Shown here piece after piece: positions 33,161-52,486 of a stretch of 64,000 nt of DNA. Each line of letters starts with the position of its first letter. The stretch's first letter is position 1. The notes beneath the pieces are model-generated. The model worked only from the letters and a program-made list of their open reading frames with translations, was not told the DNA's origin and ran no database searches. The position numbers and the translations under genes were made by a program. This DNA comes from the human T2T-CHM13v2.0 reference genome, Homo sapiens. The DNA lies in assembly GCF_009914755.1 (NCBI RefSeq), contig NC_060948.1. One strand, 5' to 3'.

Positions 33161-35252
33161 AGATCCATATTTTTTAAATGAAATAAAATTTCAAAGGTAC
33201 TCTGCTTGGTACAATAATCAAATGTATAAACTGAGGAATAAAACATAACCATGAAACCTACTTATAACTGCATATGGAAAATACAGAGGATAATTTTTTA
33301 AATAACATATTTTGAAAGCCTTAACTAGTAATTTGAAGAGTTGGCATTTGAAAGGCCAGTATGAATATACCTTCAAAGCAGCAACACAGGTTCCCCATGA
33401 GAAAAAGCAAACTCAGGGAAAATAAAACCACAAAGGTTCAATCTCTTCTGACCTTTGAAAGACACAGCACAGACAGTGGTCCTTAGGACGAAGAGCAGGA
33501 GACCCCTAATTCCGTCACCATGGCGATAGGGCATAAACATTGCTGGGTGAGGGCACAATCCACATTGAGAGGTCCAACTGCTGCCAGGAAGACAGGAGTG
33601 CTTTTACATAGACCGAAAGGTCATTGAAGGCTCAGAGTTTTGTTTCAAGAACTGAATCCCAAGCCCACACGTTATTAGGCTGCGCTTCTTAAAACAAGTT
33701 ATGAGATGGGAAAAAGGGCACCCACAAACATACGTATACATTATGTATATAATAATATACAGTATCATATATATAATATATATAACCTATGTATAATATT
33801 GTTTTACATCATGCATCTTATATTATATATATTGTATAAAATATAATAATTCATAATATATAACGTTTATATTTATACAATATGACATATAGTATATATT
33901 ATAATTTATGACATATATAATATATGTTATATATCATATATAGAATATATTATACGGTTAATATACGTATTAAATATAAATTATACATTATATATATTAT
34001 ATAAAATATATCTGTTATATATAATACCCTTTATGCATAATATATATATTATGTCTATGTTATATATAGTATAAAACAACATATAATAATATATAATTGT
34101 ATATATAAAATGCGACATATAATATATATTAAATTTTATGACATATGTAATATATATTATAAATTATATATAATACGTTGTATGTATAATACCTATATTA
34201 AATATATATTATATGACTATGTTATTAATTACATGTCACATATGTTATATATTACATATTTTACATAGAATATACCGGTTACATGCAATATATACTATGT
34301 TACCTATAATGTATAATTGATTACATGTAAAATAAAGAATGCAATATATTATGTATAATTTATAATATACAATATGTGGAATGTGATATATATAACATAT
34401 AATATATGATATATGATATACAGTATATGATATATAACATACAATATATGATACCTAATATATATGGTATACAATATATATTTTATGTATTCTATATGTT
34501 TTATATTCTGTTATATATAACTATTTGAAATTATATATAACTGTATAATATTTTATGCAAATATGTAATATAATATATATAACTATATAATATATTATAT
34601 ATAACTATATATTATGTTATATATACTTTTATAACATAATTTACATTAAATATCATAATATAATATATATTATATTATTTCACATTACATAATATATATT
34701 ACATATCACCCAATATAAGTAACATACATAATATTATAATATAGATTATATTATGTTATATTAAATATCATATATATCATGTATCATATATTCTATAATA
34801 TATATTACACATTATATAATATGTATGTTGTCTATTATGTGATATATATAACTATATATATAATTATATTATTATACATATAACTAGATAAACATGTAAT
34901 TCTACATATTTTCATTTATAATATATAGAATTATATAATCATATATAATTATTTATATTCTATAAAAAATTATATCTTTATATAAATTATAATATAAAAA
35001 ATTATAATATGTACTACAAATATATATATTATATATCATATATGATATAGTACCTTTGTTATATATCATAATACATATAAATGTGTATTATGTTTTCTAT
35101 AATTATATAATTTCATATATAAGATGTATAATATGTATTATATATTGTATATGTTATGTAATATATATAGTATATATAAGCTGACACAGGATAAATATTA
35201 TATACTATGACATATAAAATATATGAGGTTATATGTTACATATAAGGCATAG

Positions 35253-35573
<321 letters not shown>

Positions 35574-37699
35574 AGATCCATATTTTTTAAATGAAAAAAA
35601 ATTTCAAAGGTACTCTGCTTGGTACAATAATCAAATGTATAAACTGAGGAATAAAACATAACCATGAAACCTACTTATAACTGCATATGGAAAATACAGA
35701 GGATAATTTTTTAAATAACATATTTTGAAAGCCTTAACTAGTAATTTGAAGAGTTGGCATTTGTAAGGCCAGTATGAATATACCTTCAAAGCAGCAACAC
35801 AGGTTCCCCATGAGAAAAAGCAAACTCAGGGAAAATAAAACCACAAAGGTTCAATCTCTTCTGACCTTTGAAAGACACAGCACAGACAGTGGTCCTTAGG
35901 ACGAAGAGCAGGAGACCCCTAATTCCGTCACCATGGCGATAGGGCATAAACATTGCTGGGTGAGGGCACAATCCACATTGTGAGGTCCAACTGCTGCCAG
36001 GAAGACAGGAGTGCTTTTACATAGACCGAAAGGTCATTGAAGGCTCAGAGTTTTGTTTCAAGAACTGAATCCCAAGCCCACACGTTATTAGGCTGCGCTT
36101 CTTAAAACAAGTTATGAGATGGGAAAAAGGGCACCCACAAACATACGTATACATTATGTATATAATAATATACAGTATCATATATAAAATATGTATAACC
36201 TATGTATAATATTGTTTTACATCCTGCATCTTATATTATATATATTGTATAAAATATAATAATTGATAATATATAAGATTTATATTTATACAATATGACA
36301 TATAGTATATATTATAATTTCTGACATATATAATATATGTTATATATCATATATAGAATATATTATACGGTTAATATACGTATTAAATATAAATTATACA
36401 TTATATATATTATATAAAATATATCTGTTATATATAATACCCATTATGCATAATATATATATTATGTCTATGTTATATATAGTATAAAACAACATATAGT
36501 AATATATAATTGTATATATAAAATGCGACATATAATATATATTATATTTTATGACATATGTAATATATATTATATATTATATATAACACGTTGTATGTAT
36601 AATACCTATATTAAATATATATTATATGACTATGTTATTAATTACATGTCACATATATTATATATTATATATTTTACATAGAATATACCGGTTACATACA
36701 ATATATACTATGTTACCTATAATGTATAATTGATTACATGTAAAATAAAGAATGCAATATATTATGTATAATTTATAATATACAATATGTGGAATGTGAT
36801 ATATATAACATAATATATGATATATGATATACAGTATATGATATATAACATACAATATATGATACCTAATATATATGGTATACAATATATATTTTATGAT
36901 ATGTATTCTATGTGTTTTATATTCTGTTATATATAACTATTTGAAATTATATATAACTGTATAATATTTTATGTAAATATGTAATATAATATATATAACT
37001 ATATAATATATTATATATAATTATATATTATGTTATATATACTTTTATAACATAATTTACATAAAATGTCATAATATAATATATATTATATTATTTCACA
37101 TTACATAATATATATTACATATCACCCAATATAAGTAACATACATAATATTATAATATAGATTATATTATGTTATATTAAATATCATATATATCATGTAT
37201 CATATATTCTATAATATATATTACACATTATATAATATGTATGTTGTCTATTTTGTGATATATAAAACTATATATATAATTATATTATTATACATATAAC
37301 TAGATAAACTTGTAATTATACATATTTTCATTTGTAATATATAGAATTATATAATCATATATAATTATTTATATTCTATAAAAAATTATATCATTATATA
37401 AATTATAATATAAAAAAATTATAATATGTACTACAAATATATATATTATATATCATATATGATATAGTACCTTTGTTATATATCATAATACATATAAATG
37501 TGTATTATGTTATCTATAATTATATAATTTCATATATAAGATGTATAATATGTATTATATATTGTCTATGTTATGTAATATATCTAGTATATGTAAGCTG
37601 ACACAGGATAAATATTATATACTATGACATATAAAATATATGAGGTTATATGTTACATATAAGGCATAGCACATAACATGTAATATATATCATATATAA

Positions 37700-37991
<292 letters not shown>

Positions 37992-40087
37992 AGATCCATA
38001 TTTTTTAAATGAAAAAAAATTTCAAAGGTACTCTGCTTGGTACAATAATCAAATGTATAAACTGAGGAATAAAACATAACCATGAAACCTACTTATAACT
38101 GCATATGGAAAATACAGAGGATAATTTTTTAAATACCATATTTTGAAAGCCTTAACTAGTAATTTGAAGAGTTGGCATTTGAAAGGCCAGTATGAATATA
38201 CCTTCAAAGCAGCAACACAGGTTCCCCATGAGAAAAAGCAAACTCAGGGAAAATAAAACCACAAAGGTTCAATCTCTTCTGACCTTTGAAAGACACAGCA
38301 CAGACAGTGGTCCTTAGGAAGAAGAGCAGGAGACCCCTAATTCCGTCACCATGGCGATAGGGCATAAACATTGCTGGGTGAGGGCACAATCCACATTGAG
38401 AGGTCCAACTGCTGCCAGGAAGACAGGAGTGCTTTTACATAGACCGAAAGGTCATTGAAGGCTCAGAGTTTTGTTTCAAGAACTGAATCCCAAGCCCACA
38501 CGTTATTAGGCTGCGCTTCTTAAAACAAGTTATGAGATGGGAAAAAGGGCACCCACAAACATACGTATACATAATGTATATAATAATATACAGTATCATA
38601 TATATAATATATATAACCTATGTATAATATTGTTTTACATCATGCATCTTATATTATATATATTGTATAAAATATAATAATTCATAATATATAACGTTTA
38701 TATTTATACAATATGACATGTAGTATATATTATAATTTATGACATATATAATATATGTTATATATCATATATAGAATATATTATACGGTTAATATACGTA
38801 TTAAATATAAATTATACATTATATATATTATATAAAATATATGTTATATATAATACCCTTTATGCATAATATATATATTATGTCTATGTTATATATAGTA
38901 TAAAACAACATATAATAATATATAATTGTATATATAAAATGCGACATATAATATATATTATATTTTATGACATATGTAATATATATTATATATTATATAT
39001 AATACGTTGTATGTATAATACCTATATTAAATATATATTATATGACTATGTTATTAATTACATGTCACATATGTTATATATTACATATTTTACATAGAAT
39101 ATACCGGTTACATGCAATATATACTATGTTACCTATAATGTATAATTGATTACATGTAAAATAAAGAATGCAATATATTATGTATAATTTATAATATACA
39201 ATATGTGGAATGTGATATATATAACATATAATATATGATATATGATATACAGTATATGATATATAACATACAATATATGATACCTAATATATATGGTATA
39301 CAATATATATTTTATGATATGTATTCTATATGTTTTATATTCTGTTATATATAACTATTTGAAATTATATATAACTGTATAATATTTTATGCAAATATGT
39401 AATATAATATATATAACTATATAATATATTATATATAACTATATATTATGTTATATATACTTTTATAACATAATTTACATTAAATATCATAATATAATAT
39501 ATATTATATTATTTCACATTACATAATATATATTACATATCACCCAATATAAGTAACATACATAATATTATAATATAGATTATATTATGTTATATTAAAT
39601 ATCATATATATCATGTATCATATATTCTATAATATATATTACACATTATATAATATGTATGTTGTCTGTTATGTGATATATATAACTATATATATAATTA
39701 TATTATTATACATATAACTAGATAAACATGTAATTCTACATATTTTCATTTATAATATATAGAATTATATAATCATATATAATTATTTATATTCTATAAA
39801 AAATTATATCATTATATAAATTATAATATAAAAAAATTATAATATGTACTACAAATATATATATTATATATCATATATGATATAGTACCTTTGTTATATA
39901 TCATAATACATATAAATGTGTATTATGTTATCTATAATTATATAATTTCATATATAAGATGTATAATATGTATTATATATTGTATATGTTATGTAATATA
40001 TATAGTATATATAAGCTGACACAGGATAAATATTATTTACTATGACATATAAAATATATGAGGTTATATGTTACATATAAGGCATAG

Positions 40088-40408
<321 letters not shown>

Positions 40409-42536
40409 AGATCCATATTTTTTAAATGAAAAAAAATTTCAAAGGTACTCTGCTTGGTACAATAATCAAATGTATAAACTGAGGAATAAAACATAACCAT
40501 GAAACCTACTTATAACTGCATATGGAAAATACAGAGGATAATTTTTTTAATAACATATTTTGAAAGCCTTAACTAGTAATTTGAAGAGTTGGCATTTGTA
40601 AGGCCAGTATGAATATAACTTCAAAGCAGCAACACAGGTTCCCCATGAGAAAAAGCAAACTCAGGGAAAATAAAACCACAAAGGTTCAATCTCTTCTGAC
40701 CTTTGAAAGACACAGCACAGACAGTGGTCCTTAGGACGAAGAGCAGGAGACCCCTAATTCCGTCACCATGGCGATAGAGCATAAACATTGCTGGGTGAGG
40801 GCACAATCCACATTGTGAGGTCCAACTGCTGCCAGGAAGACAGGAGTGCTTTTACATAGACCGAAAGGTCATTGAAGGCTCAGAGTTTTGTTTCAAGAAC
40901 TGAATCCCAAGCCCACACGTTATTAGGCTGCGCTTCTTAAAACAAGTTATGAGATGGGAAAAAGGGCACCCACAAACATACGTATACATTATGTATATAA
41001 TAATATACAGTATCATATATAAAATATGTATAACCAATGTATAATATTGTTTTACATCCTGCATCTTATATTATATATATTGTATAAAATATAATAATTG
41101 ATAATATATAAGTTTTATATTTATACAATATGACATATAGTATATATTATACTTTATGACATATATAATATATGTTATATATCATATATAGAATATATTA
41201 TACGGTTAATATACGTATTAAATATAAATTATACATTATATATATTATATAAAATATATCTGTTATATATAATACCCATTATGCATAATATATATATTAT
41301 GTCTATGTTATATATAGTATAAAACAACATATAATAATATATAATTGTATATATAAAATGCGACATATAATATATATTATATTTTATGACATATGTAATA
41401 TATATTATATATTATATATAATACGTTGTATGTATAATACCTATATTAAATATATATTATATGACTATGTTATTAATTACATGTCACATATGTTATATAT
41501 TATATATTTTACATAGAATATACCGGTTACATACAATATATACTATGTTACCTATAATGTATAATTGATTACATGTAAAATAAAGAATGCAATATATTAT
41601 GTATAATTTATAATATACAATATGTGGAATGTGATATATATAACATATAATATATGATATATGATATACAGTATATGATATATAACATACAATATATGAT
41701 ACCTAATATATATGGTATACAATATATATTTTAAGATATGTATTCTATATGTTTTATATTCTGTTATATATAAGTATTTGAAATTATATATAACTGTATA
41801 ATATTTTATGTAAATATGTAATATAATATATATAACTATATAATATATTATATATAACTCTATATTATGTTATATATACTTTTATAACATAATTTACATA
41901 AAATGTCATAATATAATATATATTATATTATTTCACATTACATAATATATATTACATATCACCCAATATAAGTAACATACATAATATTATAATATATATT
42001 ATATTATGTTATATTAAATATCATATATATCATGTATCATATATTCTATAATATGTATTACACATTATATAATATGTATGTTGTCTATTTTCTGATATAT
42101 AAAACTATATATATAATTATATTATTATACATATAACTAGATAAACATATAATTCTACATATTTTCATTTGTAATATATAGAATTATATAATCATATATA
42201 ATTATTTATATTCTATAAAAAATTATATCATTATATAAATTATAATATAAAAAAATTATAATATGTACTACAAATATACATATTATATATCATATATGAT
42301 ATAGTACCTTTGTTATATATCATAATACATATAAATGTGTATTATGTTATCTATAATTATATAATTTCATATATAAGATGTATAATATGTATTATATATT
42401 GTCTATCTTATGTAATATATATAGTATATGTAAGCTGACACAGGATAAATATTATATACTATGACATATAAAATATATGAGGTTATATGTTACATATAAG
42501 GCATAGCACATAACATGTAATATATATCATATATAA

Positions 42537-42828
<292 letters not shown>

Positions 42829-44949
42829 AGATCCATATTTTTTAAATGAAAAAAAATTTCAAAGGTACTCTGCTTGGTACAATAATCAAATGTATAAACT
42901 GAGGAATAAAACATAACCATGAAACCTACTTATAACTGCATATGGAAAATACAGAGGATAATTTTTTAAATAACATATTTTGAAAGCCTTAACTAGTAAT
43001 TTGAAGAGTTGGCATTTGAAAGGCCAGTATGAATATACCTTCAAAGCAGCAACACAGGTTCCCCATGAGAAAAAGCAAACTCAGGGAAAATAAAACCACA
43101 AAGGTTCAATCTCTTCTGACCTTTGAAAGACACAGCACAGACAGTGGTCCTTAGGACGAAGAGCAGGAGACCCCTAATTCCGTCACCATGGCGATAGGGC
43201 ATAAACATTGCTGGGTGAGGGCACAATCCACATTGAGAGGTCCAACTGCTGCCAGGAAGACAGGAGTGCTTTTACATAGACCGAAAGGTCATTGAAGGCT
43301 CAGAGTTTTGTTTCAAGAACTGAATCCCAAGCCCACACGTTATTAGGCTGCGCTTCTTAAAACAAGTTATGAGATGGGAAAAAGGGCACCCACAAACATA
43401 CGTATACATTATGTATATAATAATATACAGTATCATATATATAATATATATAACCTATGTATAATATTGTTTTACATCATGCATCTTATATTATATATAT
43501 TGTATAAAATATAATAATTCATAATATATAACGTTTATATTTATACAATATGACATATAGTATATATTATAATTTATGACATATATAATATATGTTATAT
43601 ATCATATATAGAATATATTATACGGTTAATATACGTATTAAATATAAATTATACATTATATATATTATATAAAATATATCTGTTATATATAATACCCTTT
43701 ATGCATAATATATATATTATGTCTATGTTATATATAGTATAAAACAACATATAATAATATATAATTGTATATATAAAATGCGACATATAATATATATTAT
43801 ATTTTATGACATATGTAATATATATTATATATTATATATAATACGTTGTATGTATAATACCTATATTAAATATATATTATATGACTATGTTATTAATTAC
43901 ATGTCACATATGTTATATATTACATATTTTACATAGAATATACCGGTTACATGCAATATATACTATGTTACCTATAATGTATAATTGATTACATGTAAAA
44001 TAAAGAATGCAATATATTATGTATAATTTATAATATACAATATGTGGAATGTGATATATATAACATATAATATATGATATATGATATACAGTATATGATA
44101 TATAACATACAATATATGATACCTAATATATATGGTATACAATATATATTTTATGTATTCTATATGTTTTATATTCTGTTATATATAACTATTTGAAATT
44201 ATATATAACTGTATAATATTTTATGCAAATATGTAATATAATATATATAACTATATAATATATTATATATAACTATATATTATGTTATATATACTTTTAT
44301 AACATAATTTACATTAAATATCATAATATAATATATATTATATTATTTCACATTACAAAATATATATTACATATCACCCAATATAAGTAACATACATAAT
44401 ATTATAATATAGATTATATTATGTTATATTAAATATCATATATATCATGTATCATATATTCTATAATATATATTACACATTATATAATATGTATGTTGTC
44501 TATTATGTGATATATATAACTATATATATAATTATATTATTATACATATAACTAGATAAACATGTAATTCTACATATTTTCATTTATAATATATAGAATT
44601 ATATAATCATATATAATTATTTATATTCTATAAAAAATTATATCATTATATAAATTATAATATAAAAAATTATAATATGTACTACAAATATATACATTAT
44701 ATATCATATATGATATAGTACCTTTGTTATATATCATAATACATATAAATGTGTATTATGTTTTCTATAATTATATAATTTCATATATAAGATGTATAAT
44801 ATGTATTATATATTGTATATGTTATGTAATATATATAGTATATATAAGCTGACACAGGATAAATATTATATACTATGACATATAAAATATATGAGGTTAT
44901 ATGTTACATATAAGGCATAGCACATAACATGTAATATATATCATATATA

Positions 44950-45241
44950 TTTTTTTTTAGACAGAGTCTTGTCGTGTTGCACATGGTGGAGTACAATGGC
45001 GCCATCTTTGCTCACTGCAACATCTGCCTCACGGGTCCAAGCGATTGTCCTCCCTCAGCCTCCCAGGTAGCTGGGACTACACCACACTGGGAGTACACCA
45101 GCTGCCACCATGCCTAGCTAATTTTTTGGATTTTTAGTAGTGACAGCGTTTCACTGTATTGGCCAGGATGGTCTTGATCTCTTCACCTTGTGATCCCCTT
45201 GACTTGGCCTCCAAATTTGCTGGGATTACAGGCCTGAGCCA
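44950..45241 (-). mobile_element. Diverged Alu, U19 (type B)
   Basis: Type-B diagnostic variants. Confidence 0.95.
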
Positions 45242-47361
45242 AGATCCATATTTTTTAAATGAAAAAAAATTTCAAAGGTACTCTGCTTGGTACAATAATC
45301 AAATGTATAAACTGAGGAATAAAACATAACCATGAAACCTACTTATAACTGCATATGGAAAATACAGAGGATAATTTTTTAAATAACATATTTTGAAAGC
45401 CTTAACTAGTAATTTGAAGAGTTGGCATTTGGAAGGCCAGTATGAATATACCTTCAAAGCAGCAACACAGGTTCCCCATGAGAAAAAGCAAACTCAGGGA
45501 AAATAAAACCACAAAGGTTCAATCTCTTCTGACCTTTGAAAGACACAGCACAGACAGTGGTCCTTAGGACGAAGAGCAGGAGACCCCTAATTCCGTCACC
45601 ATGGCGATAGGGCATAAACATTGCTGGGTGAGGGCACAATCCACATTGTGAGGTCCAACTGCTGCCAGGAAGACAGGAGTGCTTTTACATAGACCGAAAG
45701 GTCATTGAAGGCTCAGAGTTTTGTTTCAAGAACTGAATCCCAAGCCCACACGTTATTAGGCTGCGCTTCTTAAAACAAGTTATGAGATGGGAAAAAGGGC
45801 ACCCACAAACATACGTATACATTATGTATATAATAATATACAGTATCATATATAAAATATGTATAACCTATGTATAATATTGTTTTACATCCTGCATCTT
45901 ATATTATATATATTGTATAAAATATAATAATTGATAATATATAAGTTTTATATTTATACAATATGACATATAGTATATATTATAATTTCTGACATATATA
46001 ATATATGTTATATATCATATATAGAATATATTATACGGTTAATATACGTATTAAATATAAATTATACATTATATATATTATATAAAATATATCTGTTATA
46101 TATAATACCCATTATGCATAATATATATATTATGTCTATGTTATATATAGTATAAAACAACATATAGTAATATATAATTGTATATATAAAATGCGACATA
46201 TAATATATATTATATTTTATGACATATGTAATATATATTATATATTATATATAATACGTTGTATGTATAATACCTATATTAAATATATATTATATGACTA
46301 TGTTATTAATTACATGTCACATATATTATATATTATATATTTTACATAGAATATACCGGTTACATACAATATATACTATGTTACCTATAATGTATAATTG
46401 ATTACATGTAAAATAAAGAATGCAATATATTATGTATAATTTATAATATACAATATGTGGAATGTGATATATATAACATAATATATGATATATGATATAC
46501 AGTATATGATATATAACATACAATATATGATACCTAATATATATGGTATACAATATATATTTTATGATATGTATTCTATGTGTTTTATATTGTTATATAT
46601 AACTATTTGAAATTATATATAACTGTATAATATTTTATGTAAATATGTAATATAATATATATAACTATATAATATATTATATATAACTATATATTATGTT
46701 ATATATACTTTTATAACATAATTTACATAAAATGTCATAATATAATATATATTATATTATTTCACATTACATAATATATATTACATATCACCCAATATAA
46801 GTAACATACATAATATTATAATATAGATTATATTATGTTATATTAAATATCATATATATCATGTATCATATATTCTATAATATATATTACACATTATATA
46901 ATATGTATGTTGTCTATTTTGTGATATATAAAACTATATATATAATTATATTATTATACATATAACTAGATAAACATGTAATTATACATATTTTCATTTG
47001 TAATATATAGAATTATATAATCATATATAATTATATTCTATAAAAAATTATATCATTATATAAATTATAATATAAAAAAATTATAATATGTACTACAAAT
47101 ATATATATTATATATCATATATGATATAGTACCTTTGTTATATATCATAATACATATAAATGTGTATTATGTTATCTATAATTATATAATTTCATATATA
47201 AGATGTATAATATGTATTATATATTGTCTATGTTATGTAATATATATAGTATATGTAAGCTGACACAGGATAAATATTATATACTATGACATATAAAATA
47301 TATGAGGTTATATGTTACATATAAGGCATAGCACATAACATGTAATATATATCATATATAA

Positions 47362-47653
<292 letters not shown>

Positions 47654-49776
47654 AGATCCATATTTTTTAAATGAAAAAAAATTTCAAAGGTACTCTGCTT
47701 GGTACAATAATCAAATGTATAAACTGAGGAATAAAACATAACCATGAAACCTACTTATAACTGCATATGGAAAATACAGAGGATAATTTTTTAAATACCA
47801 TATTTTGAAAGCCTTAACTAGTAATTTGAAGAGTTGGCATTTGAAAGGCCAGTATGAATATACCTTCAAAGCAGCAACACAGGTTCCCCATGAGAAAAAG
47901 CAAACTCAGGGAAAATAAAACCACAAAGGTTCAATCTCTTCTGACCTTTGAAAGACACAGCACAGACAGTGGTCCTTAGGACGAAGAGCAGGAGACCCCT
48001 AATTCCGTCACCATGGCGATAGGGCATAAACATTGCTGGGTGAGGGCACAATCCACATTGAGAGGTCCAACTGCTGCCAGGAAGACAGGAGTGCTTTTAC
48101 ATAGACCGAAAGGTCATTGAAGGCTCAGAGTTTTGTTTCAAGAACTGAATCCCAAGCCCACACGTTATTAGGCTGCGCTTCTTAAAACAAGTTATGAGAT
48201 GGGAAAAAGGGCACCCACAAACATACGTATACATTATGTATATAATAATATACAGTATCATATATATAATATATATAACCTATGTATTATATTGTTTTAC
48301 ATCCTGCATCTTATATTATATATATTGTCTAAAATATAATAATTCATAATACATAACGTTTATATTTATACAATATGACATATAGTATATATTATAATTT
48401 ATGACATATATAATATATGTTATATATCATATATAGAATATATTATACGGTTAATATACGTATTAAATATGAATTATACATTATATATATTATATATAAT
48501 ATATCTGTTATATATAATACCCATTATGCATAATATATATATTATGTCTATGTTATATATAGTATAAAACAACATATAATAATATATAATTGTATATATA
48601 AAATGCGACATATAATATATATTTTATTTTAAGACATATGTAATATATATTATATATTATATATAATATGTTGTATGTATAATACCTATATTAAATATAT
48701 ATTATATGACTATGTTATTAATTACATGTCACATATGATATATATTATATATTTTACATAGAGTATACCGGTTACATACAATTTATACTATGTTACCTAT
48801 AATGTATAATTGATTACATGTAAAATAAAGAATGCAATATATTATGTATAATTTATAATATACAATATGTGGAATGTGATATATATAACATATAATATAT
48901 GATATATGATATACAGTATATGATATATAACATACAATATATGATACCTAATATATATGGTATACAATATATATTTTATGATATGTATTCTATATGTTTT
49001 ATATTCTGTTATATATAACTATTTGAAATTATATATAACTGTATATTTTATGTAAATATGTAATATAATATATATAACTATATAATATATTATATATAAC
49101 TATATATTATGTTATATATACTTTTATAACATAATTTACATAAAATGTCATAATATAATATATATTATATTATTTCACATTACATAATATATATTACATA
49201 TCACCCAATATAAGTAACATACATAATATTATAATATAGATTATATTATGTTATATTAAATATCATATATATCATGTATCATATATTCTATAATATATAT
49301 TACACATTATATAATATGTATGTTGTCTATTATGTGATATATATAACTATATATAATTATATTATTATACATATAACTAGATAAACATGTAATTCTACAT
49401 AGTTTCATTTATAATATATAGAATTATATAATCATATATAATTATTTATATTCTATAAAAAATTATATCTTTATATAAATTATAATATAAAAAAATTATA
49501 ATATGTACTACAAATATATATATTATATATCATATATGATATAGTACCTTTGTTATATATCATAATACATATAAATGTGTATTATGTTATCTATAATTAT
49601 ATAATTTCATATATAAGATGTATAATATGTATTATATATTGTATATGTTATGTAATATATATAGTATATATAAGCTGACACAGGATAAATATTATATACT
49701 ATGACATATAAAATATATGAGGTTATATGTTACATATAAGGCATAGCACATAACATGTAATATATATCATATATAA

Positions 49777-50068
49777 TTTTTTTTTAGACAGAGTCTTGTC
49801 GTGCTGCACAGGGTGAAGTACAATGGCGCCATCTTTGCTCACTGCAACATCTGCCTCATGGGTCCAAGCGATTGTCCTCCCTCAACCTCTCAGGTAGCTG
49901 GGACTACACCACGCTGGGACTACACCAGCTGCCACCATGCCTAGCTAATTTTTTGGATTTTAACTAGTGACAGCGTTTCACTGTATTGGCCAGGATGGTC
50001 TTGATCTCTTCACCTTGTGATCCCCTTGCCTTGGCCTCCAAATTTGCTGGGATTACAGGCCTGAGCCA
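49777..50068 (-). mobile_element. Diverged Alu, U21 (type B')
   Basis: Type-B variants plus GTGAAGTAC and CAACCTCTCAGG. Confidence 0.95.
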
Positions 50069-52194
50069 AGATCCATATTTTTTAAATGAAAAAAAATTTC
50101 AAAGGTACTCTGCTTGGTACAATAATCAAATGTACAAACTGAGGAATAAAACATAACCATGAAACCTACTTATAACTGCATATGGAAAATACAGAGGATA
50201 ATTTTTTAAATAACATATTTTGAAAGCCTTAACTAGTAATTTGAAGAGTTGGCATTTGAAAGGCCAGTATGAATATACCTTCAAAGCAGCAACACAGGTT
50301 CCCCATGAGAAACAGCAAACACAGGGAAAATAAAACCACAAAGGTTCAAGCTCTTCTGACCTTTGAAAGACACAGCACAGACAGTGGTCCTTAGGACGAA
50401 GAGCAGGAGACCCCTAATTCCGTCACCATGGCGATAGGGCATAAACATTGCTGGGTGAGGGCACAATCCATCTTGTGAGGTCCAACTGCTGCCAGGAAGA
50501 CAGGAGTGCTTTTACATAGACCGAAAGGTCATTGAAGGCTCAGAGTTTTGTTTCAAGAACTGAATCCCAAGCCCACACGTTATTAGGCTGCGCTTCTTAA
50601 AACAAGTTATGAGATGGGAAAAAGGGCACCCACAAACATACGTATACATTATGTATATAATAATATACAGTATCATATATATAATATATATAACCTATGT
50701 ATAATATTGTTTTACATCCTGCATCTTATATTATATATATTGTCTAAAATATAATAATTGATAATATATAAGTTTTATATTTATACAATATGACATATAG
50801 TATATATTATAATTTATGACATATATAATATATGTTATATATCATATATAGAATATATTATACGGTTAATATACGTATTAAATATAAATTATACATTATA
50901 TATATTATATATAATATATCTGTTATATATAATACCCATTATGCATAATATGTATATTATGTCTATGTTATATATAGTATAAAACAGCATATAATAATAT
51001 ATAATTGTATATATAAAATGCGACATATAATATATATTATATTTTATGACATATGTAATATATATTCTATATTATATATAATACGTTGTATGTATAATAC
51101 CTATATTAAATATATATTATATGACTATGTTATTAATTACATGTCACATGTGTTATATATTATATATTTTACATAGAATATACCGGTTACATACAATATA
51201 TACTATGTTACCTATAATGTATAATTGATTACATGTAAAATAAAGAATGCAATATATTATGTATAATTTATAATATACAATATGTGGAATGTGATATATA
51301 TAACATATAATATATGATATATGATATACAGTATATGATATATAACATACAATATATGATACCTAGTATATATGGTATACAATATATATTTTATGATATG
51401 TATTCTATATGTTTTATATTCTGTTATATATAACTATTTGAAATTATATATAACTGTATAATATTTTATGTAAATATGTAATATAATATATATAACTATA
51501 TAACATATTATATATAACTATATATTATATTATATATACTTTTATATCATAATTTACATAAAATGTCATAATATAATATATATTATATTATTTCATATTA
51601 CATAATATATATTACATATCACCCAATATAAGTAACATACATAATATTATAATATAGATTATATTATGTTATGTTAAATATCATATATATCATGTATCAT
51701 ATATTCTATAATATATATTATACATTATATAATATTTATGTAGTCTATTATGTGATATATATAACTATATATTATTATATTATTATACATATAACTAGAT
51801 AAACATGTAATTCTACATATTTTCATTTATAATATATAGAATTATATAATCATATATAATTATTTATATTCTATAAAAAATTATATCATTATATAAATTA
51901 TAATATAAAAAAATTATAATATGTACTACAAATATATATATTATATATCATATATGATATAGTACCTTTGTTATATATCATAATACATATAAATGTGTAT
52001 TATGTTATCTATAATTATATAATTTCATATATAAGATGTATAATATGTATTATATATTGTATATGTTATGTAATATATATAGTATATATAAGCTGACACA
52101 GGATAAATATTATATACTATGACATATAAAATATATGAGGTTATATGTTACATATAAGGCATAGCACATAACATGTAATATATATCATATATAA

Positions 52195-52486
52195 TTTTTT
52201 TTTAGACAGAGTCTTGTCGTGTTGCACAGGGTGAAGTACAATGGCGCCATCTTTGCTCACTGCAACATCTGCCTCACGGGTCCAAGCGATTGTCCTCCCT
52301 CAACCTCTCAGGTAGCTGGGAGTACACCACACTGGGACTACACCAGCTGCCACCATGCCTAGCTAATTTTTTGGATTTTTAGTAGTGACAGCGTTTCACT
52401 GTATTGGCCAGGATGGTCTTGATCTCTTCACCTTGTGATCCCCTTGCCTTGGCCTCCAAATTTGCTGGGATTACAGGCCTGAGCCA
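52195..52486 (-). mobile_element. Diverged Alu, U22 (type B')
   Basis: Type-B variants plus GTGAAGTAC and CAACCTCTCAGG. Confidence 0.95.
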
